This document shows positions 1 through 9,330 of a stretch of DNA of 64,000 bases, in pieces. This DNA comes from a virus (Duplodnaviria; Caudoviricetes), in IMG/VR virus record IMGVR_UViG_3300033069_001185, positions 1 to 64,000 of that record; one strand, 5' to 3'. The translations under genes and the position numbers were made by a program. Position 1 is the stretch's first letter. Every line of letters starts with the position of its first letter. The notes beneath the pieces are model-generated. The model was not told the origin of the DNA. It did not search any database and saw only the letters and a list, made by a program, of their open reading frames with translations.

Positions 1-95
1 TGGATCCCCGATTTTGATAGTAAATGTATGCATTTTTATTCTCCCTTACAGTAAGCATCTAGTCCAATATACGCCTTTTTCGCTTTCATTGCCAT

Positions 96-332
96 TTAAA
101 ACTCTCCTGTAAAAGCGTTAGTTTGTTCCAAAGACCAAACGTTGAGCGATTCTTCGTAGTAGATCTGTTCTGCTGCGACAACAAAATCCACAGGCTTTTG
201 CGGTCCAGTATCAATGACAATCTTGTCAAACTCTGCATTTGATAATCCAGAGATTTTGGTAGTTTTCTGGCGCAATTCCTTATAGGCCTCTCGGAGTTGC
301 GGAGTATCCATTTCTTTGAAGTTGTTTTCCAT
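96..332 (-). CDS. hypothetical early protein, probably leaderless
   Basis: 78-aa ORF; ATG 6 nt after -10 of promoter 339-368. Confidence 0.7.
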   Translation of the reverse strand: MENNFKEMDTPQLREAYKELRQKTTKISGLSNAEFDKIVIDTGPQKPVDFVVAAEQIYYEESLNVWSLEQTNAFTGEF

Positions 333-338
333 GGGTTC

Positions 339-368
339 TTTATACCATTAACGGTTGACGCTAGTCAA
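339..368 (-). promoter_or_regulatory. sigma70-type early promoter
   Basis: TTGACT-18-TATAAA with TG extension. Confidence 0.7.
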
Positions 369-863
369 CTAAGTTTCGTATGCCAGATATGCGTAATCTA
401 GATAGGACTCATAGTTCAGATACACATCTAACTCGTATTTGTGTATATAAGATTTTTTCAGCACCCTGTCATTGTATGAATTGTCAATGTAAAAATCAGT
501 CCCTTCTCTATTTCTAAAGAAATGAATATTACATATTGTGGCGTTTTTGACATTGGCCGTGAGTAGATCTGAAAAAGATATGGCCATAGAATCTAAATTG
601 GCTTCTTCGAAGTTGGCACGGTCCAGAATCGTTCTATTGAAATATGCTGCCTTTAGGTTCGATCTTGTGAAATTCGCCTCAATCAATGTACAGTCATAGA
701 ATTCCACGTACCGAAGGTCCATACCAGAAAAATCAAATCCATCTAAGTATAGATCTCGGAAAACCGCCCTAGATCCGTCCATATTTCCATGTTCCATAAA
801 TTTTTTATGTCCATTTAACAGATCTGTAATCTGGTTCTTGGTGACATCGATGTAAGCTTTCAT
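369..863 (-). CDS. pentapeptide-repeat protein, family member 1
   Basis: ANFTRSNLKAA/ANFEEANL repeats; start moved to ATG 863 after GAGGAGG RBS. Confidence 0.8.
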   Translation of the reverse strand: MKAYIDVTKNQITDLLNGHKKFMEHGNMDGSRAVFRDLYLDGFDFSGMDLRYVEFYDCTLIEANFTRSNLKAAYFNRTILDRANFEEANLDSMAISFSDLLTANVKNATICNIHFFRNREGTDFYIDNSYNDRVLKKSYIHKYELDVYLNYESYLDYAYLAYET

Positions 864-917
864 TTTGAACCTCCTCTTCTTATAAGCCGCGCGCTGAATG
901 ATTTCACATGTCCACAA

Positions 918-1150
918 TTACAGGGCACGGTGTTGAGTGCGCACACGATCACGATCCCACCCGTGAGCACCACAGGGGGCAGTTGGCCGCGCGGGTGAGT
1001 TAGCGATCGCTTTCCGACTGCCTGATCTCTGCGGGAGCAATAAAACAAACACGACCCGCGATCACCACCACATAGAACCCCAGTGGTGTGATCCCTGTGA
1101 GAACCCCTGATCCTCTCGAAGTGCAGAGGATCAGGGGCAGGCAGGGCAGC
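918..1150. ncRNA. candidate structured non-coding RNA in GC-rich intergenic block
   Basis: 13-bp perfect hairpin 1104-1137, hairpins 1060-1093, 1031-1059, 958-997; closing helix 1018-1024/1138-1144. Confidence 0.4.
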
Positions 1151-1339
1151 TTACTTCGAGGCACTGGACACCTGCGCGAAGGTCCACACCTTGCCCGTCC
1201 CGTTGTCGTTCACTTCGTAAACACGTTCCGCCCAAGCGTAAGGCAGTTCTTTGCTGAAGTCGGGAACCACGGTGATTCCAATAATCGAGATTCCTTTGGC
1301 TGCGAGGGCTTTCAGGGTCTTGCGGTTGAAGTCGTTCAT
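1151..1339 (-). CDS. hypothetical protein (GC-rich, MNDFNRK...)
   Basis: GGAG RBS before ATG 1339. Confidence 0.7.
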   Translation of the reverse strand: MNDFNRKTLKALAAKGISIIGITVVPDFSKELPYAWAERVYEVNDNGTGKVWTFAQVSSASK

Positions 1340-1367
1340 GGTGTGTTCTCCGTGCTGCTTTGTATAC

Positions 1368-1574
1368 TTACCAGTTGTTCTCTCGGTCATTCTTGAGTTC
1401 TTCAAACTCAGCCATCCAGCGCTCCGTAGTCAGATCTGAAATACGGTTGGTATAGACCGAAGATTTGCACCAACGATCTGTTCCCGGACCGGCAAAATAT
1501 ACATACCCATTGCCTTGGACGATTTCGAAACCTTAGGGGAGCAGCTTGTTGATTTGCGATTTCGTTGATTTCAT
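1368..1574 (-). pseudogene. small early gene with in-frame TAA at codon 14
   Basis: MKSTKSQINKLLP*GFEIVQGNGYVYFAGPGTDRW...; ATG 7 nt after promoter -10. Confidence 0.6.
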
Positions 1575-1581
1575 AAACAGT

Positions 1582-1610
1582 CTTATATCAATACGACGCC
1601 CTACTGTCAA
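1582..1610 (-). promoter_or_regulatory. sigma70-type early promoter
   Basis: TTGACA-17-TATAAG. Confidence 0.8.
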
Positions 1611-1614
1611 GGAG

Positions 1615-1628
1615 TAATCTTCATATCA
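1615..1628 (+). promoter_or_regulatory. putative late promoter
   Basis: TAATCT-N6-CA before + strand operon. Confidence 0.75.
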
Positions 1629-1640
1629 AAGGGAGTCAAT

Positions 1641-1964
1641 ATGACTATATCAATAGAACCCAAAGACCTAGAAGCCCCTCCGACTAAAATCGGAATGCTA
1701 GAAAACCGTCCGGTATATCAAGCAAAAACGAAGGGCGGCTACCACCTTATCTTTACGCACAAGTCAGGCTCATCTGCCCCTGAGTTCTTGGCGGCTGGCA
1801 ATCACCGAGCCGTTGCTCGTCATGTTGCGGCTAAAAAGAATGAAAATCTTGTTTTTACTGAACTATCAAAGTCAGAGCATGTAAACATCGAACACTATTC
1901 GTATCTTATACCAGACTGTGAAGAACTTACAACCCGAATCCGAAAGTTGAATGGTGACGAGTAA
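1641..1964 (+). CDS. late hypothetical protein (LSKSE motif)
   Basis: RBS GGGAG; follows late promoter. Confidence 0.75.
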   Translation: MTISIEPKDLEAPPTKIGMLENRPVYQAKTKGGYHLIFTHKSGSSAPEFLAAGNHRAVARHVAAKKNENLVFTELSKSEHVNIEHYSYLIPDCEELTTRIRKLNGDE

Positions 1965-2806
1965 TGTCCAAAAGGGTTGCCAGAACTCTTCTGCCGCACT
2001 CTCTACCGTCTCAAACGGTTAGCTTCGATCCGAACGCTTTCAATGAACTCATTCAAAGCCAAGGGGTCAGACTAGTCCATTACAAAGCCTTGCGCTGTCC
2101 GGTAGGAATGGTAGATATTGACGACAATAGAAGGCCACACGAAGACCACGCCGGTTGTTCGAATGGTTTTATCTACTACAAAGCTGGTGTTGTCACGGCT
2201 TTTATGCAAGGCATTGGCAACAGCCAGCAATCACACGATGTAGGGTTACTGGAATCCAGTTCAAGCGCTACTACGTTCCCCCAATTCTACGAAGAATCAG
2301 AAGAACAGGTCATCGTAGCGCCGTTTGACCGTTTCTTCTTGCAAGAAGAAAACGAAGAAGATCAACAGGTTGTAGAGACTTGGCACTTAGTTGTTGCACA
2401 TCAATCTGGCATTGATAGACTGCACTATCCTGCCCAAAAGGTGACCAAACTTATTGATAGCCGTCTGGAAGAATACGAACAATGCAAGGACTTCGAACTG
2501 AAAAACGGCAATATCCAATGGACTGGTAGTCGTAGGCCCGGATATCAGCCTGAGATTGATAAAGGCACTGTTTATTCAGTGCGATATCTATACAGACCTT
2601 ATTGGTATTGTTCCAGACTAATGCACGATCTCCGTTTCAGCCAAATCGAGACCGAAGCTGGTAGACAACTCCAGCGGATGCCTCAACAGGCGCTGCTCAG
2701 TAGAGAATATACCTTTACCAACGAATCGAACGATTCGCAAGCCCGCGATGCCGATTCATTGAGACAAACACCCGGACCGAAAGATGGTGGTTTCGGTCCG
2801 AGATAA
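1964..2806 (+). CDS. putative head-tail connector/neck protein
   Basis: RCP...C.NGFIY motif reminiscent of large-myovirus neck proteins; position upstream of sheath. Confidence 0.5.
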   Translation: MSKRVARTLLPHSLPSQTVSFDPNAFNELIQSQGVRLVHYKALRCPVGMVDIDDNRRPHEDHAGCSNGFIYYKAGVVTAFMQGIGNSQQSHDVGLLESSSSATTFPQFYEESEEQVIVAPFDRFFLQEENEEDQQVVETWHLVVAHQSGIDRLHYPAQKVTKLIDSRLEEYEQCKDFELKNGNIQWTGSRRPGYQPEIDKGTVYSVRYLYRPYWYCSRLMHDLRFSQIETEAGRQLQRMPQQALLSREYTFTNESNDSQARDADSLRQTPGPKDGGFGPR

Positions 2807-2812
2807 GTATTA

Positions 2813-3604
2813 TTACTTAATGATACCGGTTCGGTCAGAGTAGGTAAAGTTAGCGCCGCTTGAGGTTTTTACGTTTGTAAAATTCGCACGGCAGAGCTTT
2901 GCGTACTGGAAACTTGAACTGCCAGCGTCAGCACCTTCAAAGCAAGAATCTGACAGATCACTACCAGTGAAGCTTATTTCGATATGTGCGTTTGAGAAAT
3001 TTGCATGACGCAAGTCCTTGTTTTCGAAGATACCTTTCGTGTAATTTTTGTAACAGAGATTCATATCGCTAAAATCAGCCTGTTCGCCTTTTGAAGGACT
3101 CGCCAGCCATTCGTTATGAGATTTAAGGACTCTTTCGACTTCCTCTTCTGTGGGGGTATACAAACTTACTCCCGATATACCCTCCCACTCCTTGCCCAAG
3201 GACTTCATCTCTTCCATGAGTTTCAACACTTTTGGGTCTTCGTTGTAGCGTTTCCAGCTATCAATACAGTTTTGAGGGTTTGCACAAGCAAAACCATTTT
3301 CCTTTACGGTTTTTTGCCAGCTAACATCAGTCTGTAGTTTTTTCAAAAGAGAAACGTACTCCTCCGGAGAGGTAACTACTGTATTGATATCAATACCCAT
3401 AATCCTGCAATAATCTTCCACAGTCTCGCATTTATCGGCAGGAATATAGCCATCACCGAAGCACTTACAGGTTGCTCCGTGGGCTTTCCTCAATGCTTTG
3501 AATGTGTTGTGAATCCCGTCAATCCCAGCCTGAATATCCACGATCTCCTGTTGTGTTGCGAGGTACTTCTGTTTTTGCTCTTGCACCTTCTTTTTGTCGA
3601 TCAC
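2813..3604 (-). CDS. coiled-coil/Cys N-terminus fused to pentapeptide domain, member 2
   Basis: PTEEEVERVLKSHNEWL cap, ANFSNA/ANFTN repeats; GTG start after GAGGG. Confidence 0.75.
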   Translation of the reverse strand: MIDKKKVQEQKQKYLATQQEIVDIQAGIDGIHNTFKALRKAHGATCKCFGDGYIPADKCETVEDYCRIMGIDINTVVTSPEEYVSLLKKLQTDVSWQKTVKENGFACANPQNCIDSWKRYNEDPKVLKLMEEMKSLGKEWEGISGVSLYTPTEEEVERVLKSHNEWLASPSKGEQADFSDMNLCYKNYTKGIFENKDLRHANFSNAHIEISFTGSDLSDSCFEGADAGSSSFQYAKLCRANFTNVKTSSGANFTYSDRTGIIK

Positions 3605-3650
3605 GAAGTACCCTCGGCTGGTTGCATAGTAGCTATACCAAACTATAATG

Positions 3651-4052
3651 TTATTCGCAAGCCTTAACTGCGGCTGACATTTGCTCCAGAACACCGTCAC
3701 CGGCCACGAACGAGCATTCAAGGGCTTCTTGGATGGTAGTGACGTTCTCGCTAACACCGAACAGAGTGATCACTGCATAGCTACCGTGGCGGCTCTTGAA
3801 CAACATCACGGTAGGGGCTGAGTAGATTTCTGTAGTGTGAGTATCCCATTCACCATCCGAACCCATTCGGCACTCTTTGTGCTCCGAAACGACACAGCCA
3901 AAGGACCAGACTTCTCTATAGACGGTGTGCATCTCCGTGCCGCTGTTGAAGCGCACTTCAACCTTGTTGGGACGCTTGCCGGTCAGCTTAATCAGGTCTT
4001 GAAGATACTGGGGAAGCTCTTTGCGGGTGGTTTCGATAGTCTTGAAGTTCAT
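3651..4052 (-). CDS. hypothetical protein
   Basis: 133 aa, AAGGAG RBS. Confidence 0.7.
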   Translation of the reverse strand: MNFKTIETTRKELPQYLQDLIKLTGKRPNKVEVRFNSGTEMHTVYREVWSFGCVVSEHKECRMGSDGEWDTHTTEIYSAPTVMLFKSRHGSYAVITLFGVSENVTTIQEALECSFVAGDGVLEQMSAAVKACE

Positions 4053-4120
4053 TTGTTCTCCTTGGTTGGTTGGACCGCCGTAACCCTAGCCGCTTCCGAT
4101 TTGGTAAGTTTCATAAAGTC

Positions 4121-4149
4121 TTTATATCAAAGCAGAATGGCTACGTCAA
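4121..4149 (-). promoter_or_regulatory. sigma70-type early promoter
   Basis: TTGACG-17-TATAAA. Confidence 0.75.
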
Positions 4150-4153
4150 GTGC

Positions 4154-4167
4154 TAATCTTTTTGATA
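4154..4167 (+). promoter_or_regulatory. putative late promoter
   Basis: TAATCT-N6-TA. Confidence 0.75.
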
Positions 4168-4172
4168 ACTAT

Positions 4173-4943
4173 ATGGTCAAATACAAATTCTTAGCTAGCG
4201 TTCTGGGCAAGACTGGCGCTGAAAGCTTAAAAAAAGCAGCAGACGTTGAGCCCGCCATTGATGCAATTATGGTGCCAAGGGCCATTATTGGATGGCTCGG
4301 GTTTGTATCAAAATATGAATATGAGGGGCAGATCCCCGGCTGTGACAATTCTTACCTTAAGTTTAACAAAAACGAAGACAGTACACAGTTTTCGGGTTCA
4401 ATTGCAATAGAGAACTCCATCTACAACTTCGAAAACGTCAGCATTTTTCATATTGCGTCAAACATTGCCGTTGCTATGGGCTTAGAAAAGATAGAAGTCC
4501 CGGAAGATACCAGAGATGTAGTTTTAGTCAAGCTCGGAAAATCTATTGATACTTTGGTTCGTGCCCAAGAGGTCGCCAAGACTCTTCATAAGAGATTGCT
4601 AGAGAAAACAGATCTTCCCGGACTTACCGCTCAACCAATGAAACAGGCCGGACCGGTAGAACCCAAGAAGCCTACGGTACGCCAGCCAAAAAAGACAAAG
4701 CTACCACGCCCCAGCCTCAAACCACAAGCCCTCAAACTCAACACCGCGAAGTCTGAAAAACGCTGTGAGATTTGTGATGGTACGCAGTTTGCTAACAATA
4801 GATTCGTAGGTTGTGTCTGCTATGCCGATCTGGCGAAAGCTATCAAAACAACCGTATATAAAGATGGTATGGTATTGGAGTTCGACAAGAACGTAGACCC
4901 AGAAGTCTTTGAGGCCATCAGCAAGTATTTTGTAGAGGAATAA
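4173..4943 (+). CDS. putative internal head protein with C-terminal Cys cluster
   Basis: start reassigned to ATG 4173; several LxK[SA] motifs; CEIC...CVC. Confidence 0.6.
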   Translation: MVKYKFLASVLGKTGAESLKKAADVEPAIDAIMVPRAIIGWLGFVSKYEYEGQIPGCDNSYLKFNKNEDSTQFSGSIAIENSIYNFENVSIFHIASNIAVAMGLEKIEVPEDTRDVVLVKLGKSIDTLVRAQEVAKTLHKRLLEKTDLPGLTAQPMKQAGPVEPKKPTVRQPKKTKLPRPSLKPQALKLNTAKSEKRCEICDGTQFANNRFVGCVCYADLAKAIKTTVYKDGMVLEFDKNVDPEVFEAISKYFVEE

Positions 4944-4945
4944 TC

Positions 4946-6181
4946 GTGAAAATCAAAGCCCCAATGTGGAAAAACAGGGTGATTCTAGACGAATCTCATG
5001 CCGGGGATCTTGAATCCCGTGCTGCCATTCACCAGTTTACTAACAAAATGGACTCAGAAGCGGCTGACGAAGCTGCCCATTCCGACTATAAGAAAGATCA
5101 TCACAGACAAGCCGCCGCAAAACACTTCGTTGGCATGAAAGCCGCAAGGGCTTCTGCCGATAACGAAGAATCCCGTAAGCACTTTATCATGTTCAACTTG
5201 CACATGAAAGCGCTGGGTTTGAACCCGAATGCTGCACTACCTAGCGAGATCGAAACCCACATCACCAACACCAAAGAGCCATTTTATCGCTTTTCTCCAC
5301 ACAAAGCCGATGCCTTTCTGTTTGCCAAGTCTGAAATTGACGGATACGAAGTCCTAACAAAACGATCCAAAAACGTTCGTAATCAAACTAGAAACCTGAC
5401 GCCAGAGCAAATCTCAAATAGACTTCAGCCTTTGAAAAGTAAGTTAGGAATTGTTGAGATACCTTCTGCAAGGTCAAAGCCTGCTTTGAGTCTCGCTGGG
5501 AAGACAGCTATTTACACTACTACCGGAAATGTTGATGGGGTTAAATTACCCCTACTTCACGAAGTAGGCCATCTATTAGCCGCTCCTCCCGGTCGGAAGT
5601 TTGCCGATCATCAGGAATGGATGGGAGATCCACACGACTATAAAGCTGGAGATCATGAACTTGCTGGCGATAGACATGAACGCGCTGCCACAAAAATTGA
5701 TATAGGATTGGGTCGTAGACATGGCATTTCCCCAGACGAAGATCTAGCTTTTCAAATGAAACCAGTAAGTCGCAAAGGTATTCAGACCGATGCTAACACC
5801 GGTAGGCCGATAAAGACTTTCACCTCCGCAGATAAGCTGGCTAGTAAGAGATTGGAAGATTTTGATAACAATAGACTCGATCTTAGCCAAGGGCATTTGG
5901 CAATCAAACGTTCGCCCATCCTCAAACGAGTAAAGAAATCAGAAGAATTTGCCAAAGCCGAACTTCATTCCGATATCAATAACTTCATGGCCGGGCTAAA
6001 GACCCTGCCTAAAGGTTCTGCGGAACGCGGGAATTACATTACCCAGCATATGTCGCACGGTCCGTTTATCTCCGCCCTTCAGGCACACCCACAAGGCAAA
6101 CAGATCCACACAATGCTTACTGGGTTTTTGAACAGTAAGCAAAATGCGGGGACCGGTAGCCTAAAAGTGACGGTTAGGTAA
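4946..6181 (+). CDS. putative internal head protein with central HEXXH domain
   Basis: LLHEVGH...HE; flanking AKSE and KKSEEFAKAE. Confidence 0.55.
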   Translation: MKIKAPMWKNRVILDESHAGDLESRAAIHQFTNKMDSEAADEAAHSDYKKDHHRQAAAKHFVGMKAARASADNEESRKHFIMFNLHMKALGLNPNAALPSEIETHITNTKEPFYRFSPHKADAFLFAKSEIDGYEVLTKRSKNVRNQTRNLTPEQISNRLQPLKSKLGIVEIPSARSKPALSLAGKTAIYTTTGNVDGVKLPLLHEVGHLLAAPPGRKFADHQEWMGDPHDYKAGDHELAGDRHERAATKIDIGLGRRHGISPDEDLAFQMKPVSRKGIQTDANTGRPIKTFTSADKLASKRLEDFDNNRLDLSQGHLAIKRSPILKRVKKSEEFAKAELHSDINNFMAGLKTLPKGSAERGNYITQHMSHGPFISALQAHPQGKQIHTMLTGFLNSKQNAGTGSLKVTVR

Positions 6182-6192
6182 GATCGACCTCT

Positions 6193-6672
6193 TTAGTCGT
6201 GACTGTAGTCTTCTACCTTAAAGCCTTTGCGGGTTGCTGTAACCTCAACCCCGTCTCCAAACGCTGATTCAAATAGCTCATCGCACTTGTTAGCGACCTT
6301 TCGCAGAGCCTTCAAGGCATTATCTGTCTTTTTCATTACAGGGTCCTTGCCTTGAACTTGAATGACTTCAAACTCAAAACCTGCCTCTCGCGTAACTTTT
6401 GAGTATTTGTTTTGTCGGGTGTTCTGGTCGTAGCCTTCATACTCTTCATCTTCAATCGGTACGCTGAACGTACCGCCAAAGTCATTAACACCGAACTCGC
6501 AAGCGTCGCCATCATTGAAGTGTGGAGTATATTGGGTCCACTTCAATGATTCAAGCTCTGGAACCTCTTCAAAGAGTTTCTTGAACTCTTTCGTCAGGGT
6601 TGCTTTGCCAATCTTTGATACTTTCTTTTGATACTCTTCTTTAGCTTGGAGAAATTCGTCAATCGTATTCAT
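6193..6672 (-). CDS. hypothetical protein (WTQYTPHFNDGDACEF motif)
   Basis: RBS AAGGA; adjacent to DUF6915-like gene. Confidence 0.75.
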   Translation of the reverse strand: MNTIDEFLQAKEEYQKKVSKIGKATLTKEFKKLFEEVPELESLKWTQYTPHFNDGDACEFGVNDFGGTFSVPIEDEEYEGYDQNTRQNKYSKVTREAGFEFEVIQVQGKDPVMKKTDNALKALRKVANKCDELFESAFGDGVEVTATRKGFKVEDYSHD

Positions 6673-6689
6673 TTTTTGATATAGTCCTT

Positions 6690-7160
6690 TTAGTCGAGAA
6701 TTGCGTTTTTGGGGTCAACAATACCATTACGGTACTGCTGTTCTTTCAACTTCATTGCTTCTTTGAGGCGTTCTGATGTAACGGAATCGGTTCCGAGTTC
6801 TTTAGCTTCAAGCTGGTCAAAGCTGATCTCTTTGACTTCCTTCTTGGGCTTGCCAAGCCAGTCGTAAAACGGCATACCATTCAGGTAGTCGCTCAGACTT
6901 GGAATTCGACCCATGTCGTCAATGATGTGCTGCTCGGCTACATCTCGAACGGAAACGGTCTTCCCCTCTGAATTGACGATTGTAATACCAAAGACCTTTT
7001 CGGCAATAAATGGTCCCATAGAGTTATGGAGGATCGCTCTGTGGCGCATGTCCGCATGGCAAGCTTTCGTTGAATCAAGAAAATCGTGGATCTCTTGATA
7101 ATCTTCTGGCTTGCCGCCAAACTTCTTCGCACTAACATTGCCGTGGAGATGTGGTTTCAT
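6690..7160 (-). CDS. DUF6915-like His-rich protein
   Basis: KFGG.PEDY..IH...D.....D.RHRA.LH pattern recalled from memory. Confidence 0.6.
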   Translation of the reverse strand: MKPHLHGNVSAKKFGGKPEDYQEIHDFLDSTKACHADMRHRAILHNSMGPFIAEKVFGITIVNSEGKTVSVRDVAEQHIIDDMGRIPSLSDYLNGMPFYDWLGKPKKEVKEISFDQLEAKELGTDSVTSERLKEAMKLKEQQYRNGIVDPKNAILD

Positions 7161-7236
7161 TTTGTGATCCTTTTAACGTGGTTTGTTTATAACGGTACAA
7201 TTCTTAGGTTTGCTTTTTCTTCTACAGAAAGCTCTT

Positions 7237-7467
7237 TTATTTGATTAGATCGCACCAGTCGGCAAACACGACCGCCACTTCATACAACCCTGCCGAATGA
7301 CCAGCACCCCAGCAGTGCCAGTAGAGCCTTTCGAGTTTCGGATTCGCAGGATCGATTTCGTTAGCTTGAGCGAGGTCTTTCATGAAACTGTCATGATTGG
7401 TAACTGTTTTGCCACGAATGTTAATCATATCGTAATCGTCGTTTTTAATTTTCTGGAAAATATCCAT
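7237..7467 (-). CDS. hypothetical protein
   Basis: GGAG RBS, downstream of promoter 7498-7526. Confidence 0.7.
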   Translation of the reverse strand: MDIFQKIKNDDYDMINIRGKTVTNHDSFMKDLAQANEIDPANPKLERLYWHCWGAGHSAGLYEVAVVFADWCDLIK

Positions 7468-7497
7468 ATGAATCTCCTTTGGAACTGGTGTGTTGTG

Positions 7498-7526
7498 CTT
7501 ATACCAAAGGAACAGCCCGCTGACAA
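7498..7526 (-). promoter_or_regulatory. sigma70-type early promoter
   Basis: TTGTCA-17-TATAAG. Confidence 0.6.
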
Positions 7527-7530
7527 GTGC

Positions 7531-8127
7531 TTATTGATTCGATTTGATAAGAATATTGTTATAAATCAAATTCCAAGCAGCAACCGTCCTGTTATGACGA
7601 TCGGTGAATACAATATTCTTGTTTGACTTCAAGTGGGCGTTGTAGGGGTATTCAATCGTCATGACCAGCGCATTGGGCCATTCGACCGAGTATTTTTCCA
7701 AGTGATCTGGCTTGTCGTCAATGAATACGTCTCCCTTTACCATTGGCTTGTCGTTTGCCAGAATGACATTCCGACTACCAATAAAAGGGAAATACTTGTC
7801 CACCCACATCAGCTTTTCCATGGCTGAGTGAGGATTGGCCGGAGTAGTCAAGAACCGAACGTCATGTCCGTCTCGGACGATTTTCTGCATAGTATCAATA
7901 GCCCCATCAAGGGGCTTAAGATCGTAGAAAAACATAGGCTTACGCATGATCCCGTAAATCTTCCCGCTATTGATATCTTTGATCTTATCGACCTTGGCCA
8001 TGTCCCAATGGATAACATCATCGTACTGGACTTTACGATTAAACTTGGCATTAATAGCATCAACCCAAGCCTGCAAGAAGTCCGTTACGATAGAGTCCAT
8101 GTCGCACAATACTGTTAGTTTTTTCAT
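7531..8127 (-). CDS. 5'(3')-deoxyribonucleotidase (HAD, NT5C family)
   Basis: DMD motif I, K..WV.KYFPF, GDVFIDDKP. Confidence 0.85.
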   Translation of the reverse strand: MKKLTVLCDMDSIVTDFLQAWVDAINAKFNRKVQYDDVIHWDMAKVDKIKDINSGKIYGIMRKPMFFYDLKPLDGAIDTMQKIVRDGHDVRFLTTPANPHSAMEKLMWVDKYFPFIGSRNVILANDKPMVKGDVFIDDKPDHLEKYSVEWPNALVMTIEYPYNAHLKSNKNIVFTDRHNRTVAAWNLIYNNILIKSNQ

Positions 8128-8831
8128 AGAGAAAACACCAATTGCATTCCTTGTTCGAGATAGATTTCTAGCCCGTCATGAGTCTTGTAGTTAGTTTGAA
8201 TCCTGTCAAACCAGTAGTCGGGGATCTTGTCTAGCTCTGATTCTGACTGGTGACTTGAGGTTAGACTTGAAGAGCTTTTGATAAGAATGGACGGAATGCC
8301 GTTTTTTCTGGCATTGGAGATTTCGTTCCTGAATCTTCCGTCGGTGATGACAGTAAGGTCGAAAGACCCTGAATAGGCTCTGTCGATAATTGCTTTTGTC
8401 CAAACGTCTGGATCAATATTTCTTGCAAACTCTGTGCCAAATTCTTGCAGGAAGATCCGGGGTGACAGGATTGCCTTCTGCTTGTGCATTTTGTGGAATA
8501 GGTTGTTAGAAAAATCACTTACCATTTTATGAAGCGAACGACCTCTTGCCAAAGGAGACAGAGCCTTGCGAGTAGCGTTTGATAAACCATCTACATCAAC
8601 TCTTATATCAATGAACGCAAGTGGATCTACGAAGCGTAGGTCTGGCTTATTACGCATTTCGGAGCTACCAAACATCTGCTCTTTTGTAAAACCGAACATA
8701 TGCGTTCCAAGCTCTTTCATTGGATCGGAATGTGCGATTTTTCTTGAGTTAGGGATTTTTGATATAATATGATCGGCCAGTGTGTCTTTGCCAACACCAG
8801 CCTTACCACACAGCAGCACCACAGGCTTCAT
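8124..8831 (-). CDS. deoxynucleoside monophosphate kinase
   Basis: GKAGVGKDT, PR..LQ.FGTE, ITDGRF.NE, H.SE. Confidence 0.9.
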   Translation of the reverse strand: MKPVVLLCGKAGVGKDTLADHIISKIPNSRKIAHSDPMKELGTHMFGFTKEQMFGSSEMRNKPDLRFVDPLAFIDIRVDVDGLSNATRKALSPLARGRSLHKMVSDFSNNLFHKMHKQKAILSPRIFLQEFGTEFARNIDPDVWTKAIIDRAYSGSFDLTVITDGRFRNEISNARKNGIPSILIKSSSSLTSSHQSESELDKIPDYWFDRIQTNYKTHDGLEIYLEQGMQLVFSL

Positions 8832-9046
8832 TCTGTAAGCCCTTTTTCAAGGGTATTTAGTCCATCCTCTTTGAGGTGGGCGATATTTTCCAGCAACTTA
8901 CCCTTTAGTTCTGCAATTTTCGCTTGCAAGAGTTTTTTTTGACTATCAATAGCGCAATCGACAAGCTCTTCCTTCAGTTCTAGGAACTGGACCAGATCGT
9001 TTGATAATTCATGGATTACAGCGGATTCAAATTCAAAGTTATTCAT
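8828..9046 (-). CDS. hypothetical coiled-coil protein
   Basis: translationally coupled ORF. Confidence 0.6.
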   Translation of the reverse strand: MNNFEFESAVIHELSNDLVQFLELKEELVDCAIDSQKKLLQAKIAELKGKLLENIAHLKEDGLNTLEKGLTE

Positions 9047-9230
9047 TTCCTTCCTCTTGTACCATGTCTAACAGGTTTTGGTAATCGTCTGCGTTCAGGT
9101 GGTAGTATGAACTATATAGTTCACTAGATATTTGTTTACTTATGTCGACCATCATCTTTGGGTTCAAATCTAACAGACCGTCTATTATGACAACCTTACT
9201 TGTGCATAAATCTTTAATATACGTATCCAT
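9039..9230 (-). CDS. small protein with LNADDY motif
   Basis: RBS AAGGA; shared motif. Confidence 0.6.
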   Translation of the reverse strand: MDTYIKDLCTSKVVIIDGLLDLNPKMMVDISKQISSELYSSYYHLNADDYQNLLDMVQEEGNE

Positions 9231-9238
9231 ACTTTCCT

Positions 9239-9321
9239 TGGCCCAGCCCGGAATTGAACCGGGATGATTTTGGATCGACGCATTTTGAGTGCGTTGTGTC
9301 TACCATTTCCACCACTAGGCC
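9239..9321 (-). tRNA. tRNA-Leu(CAA), no encoded CCA
   Basis: GGCCTAG/CTGGGCC acceptor, ACGCA-CT CAA AA-TGCGT, long variable arm, TTCAATT T-loop. Confidence 0.9.
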
Positions 9322-9330
9322 ATTCTCTTA

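Noticed and set aside
3837-4172. N-terminal extension of ORF 3837-4943
   Set aside because: Overlaps a minus-strand gene and promoters; start 4173 follows the late motif
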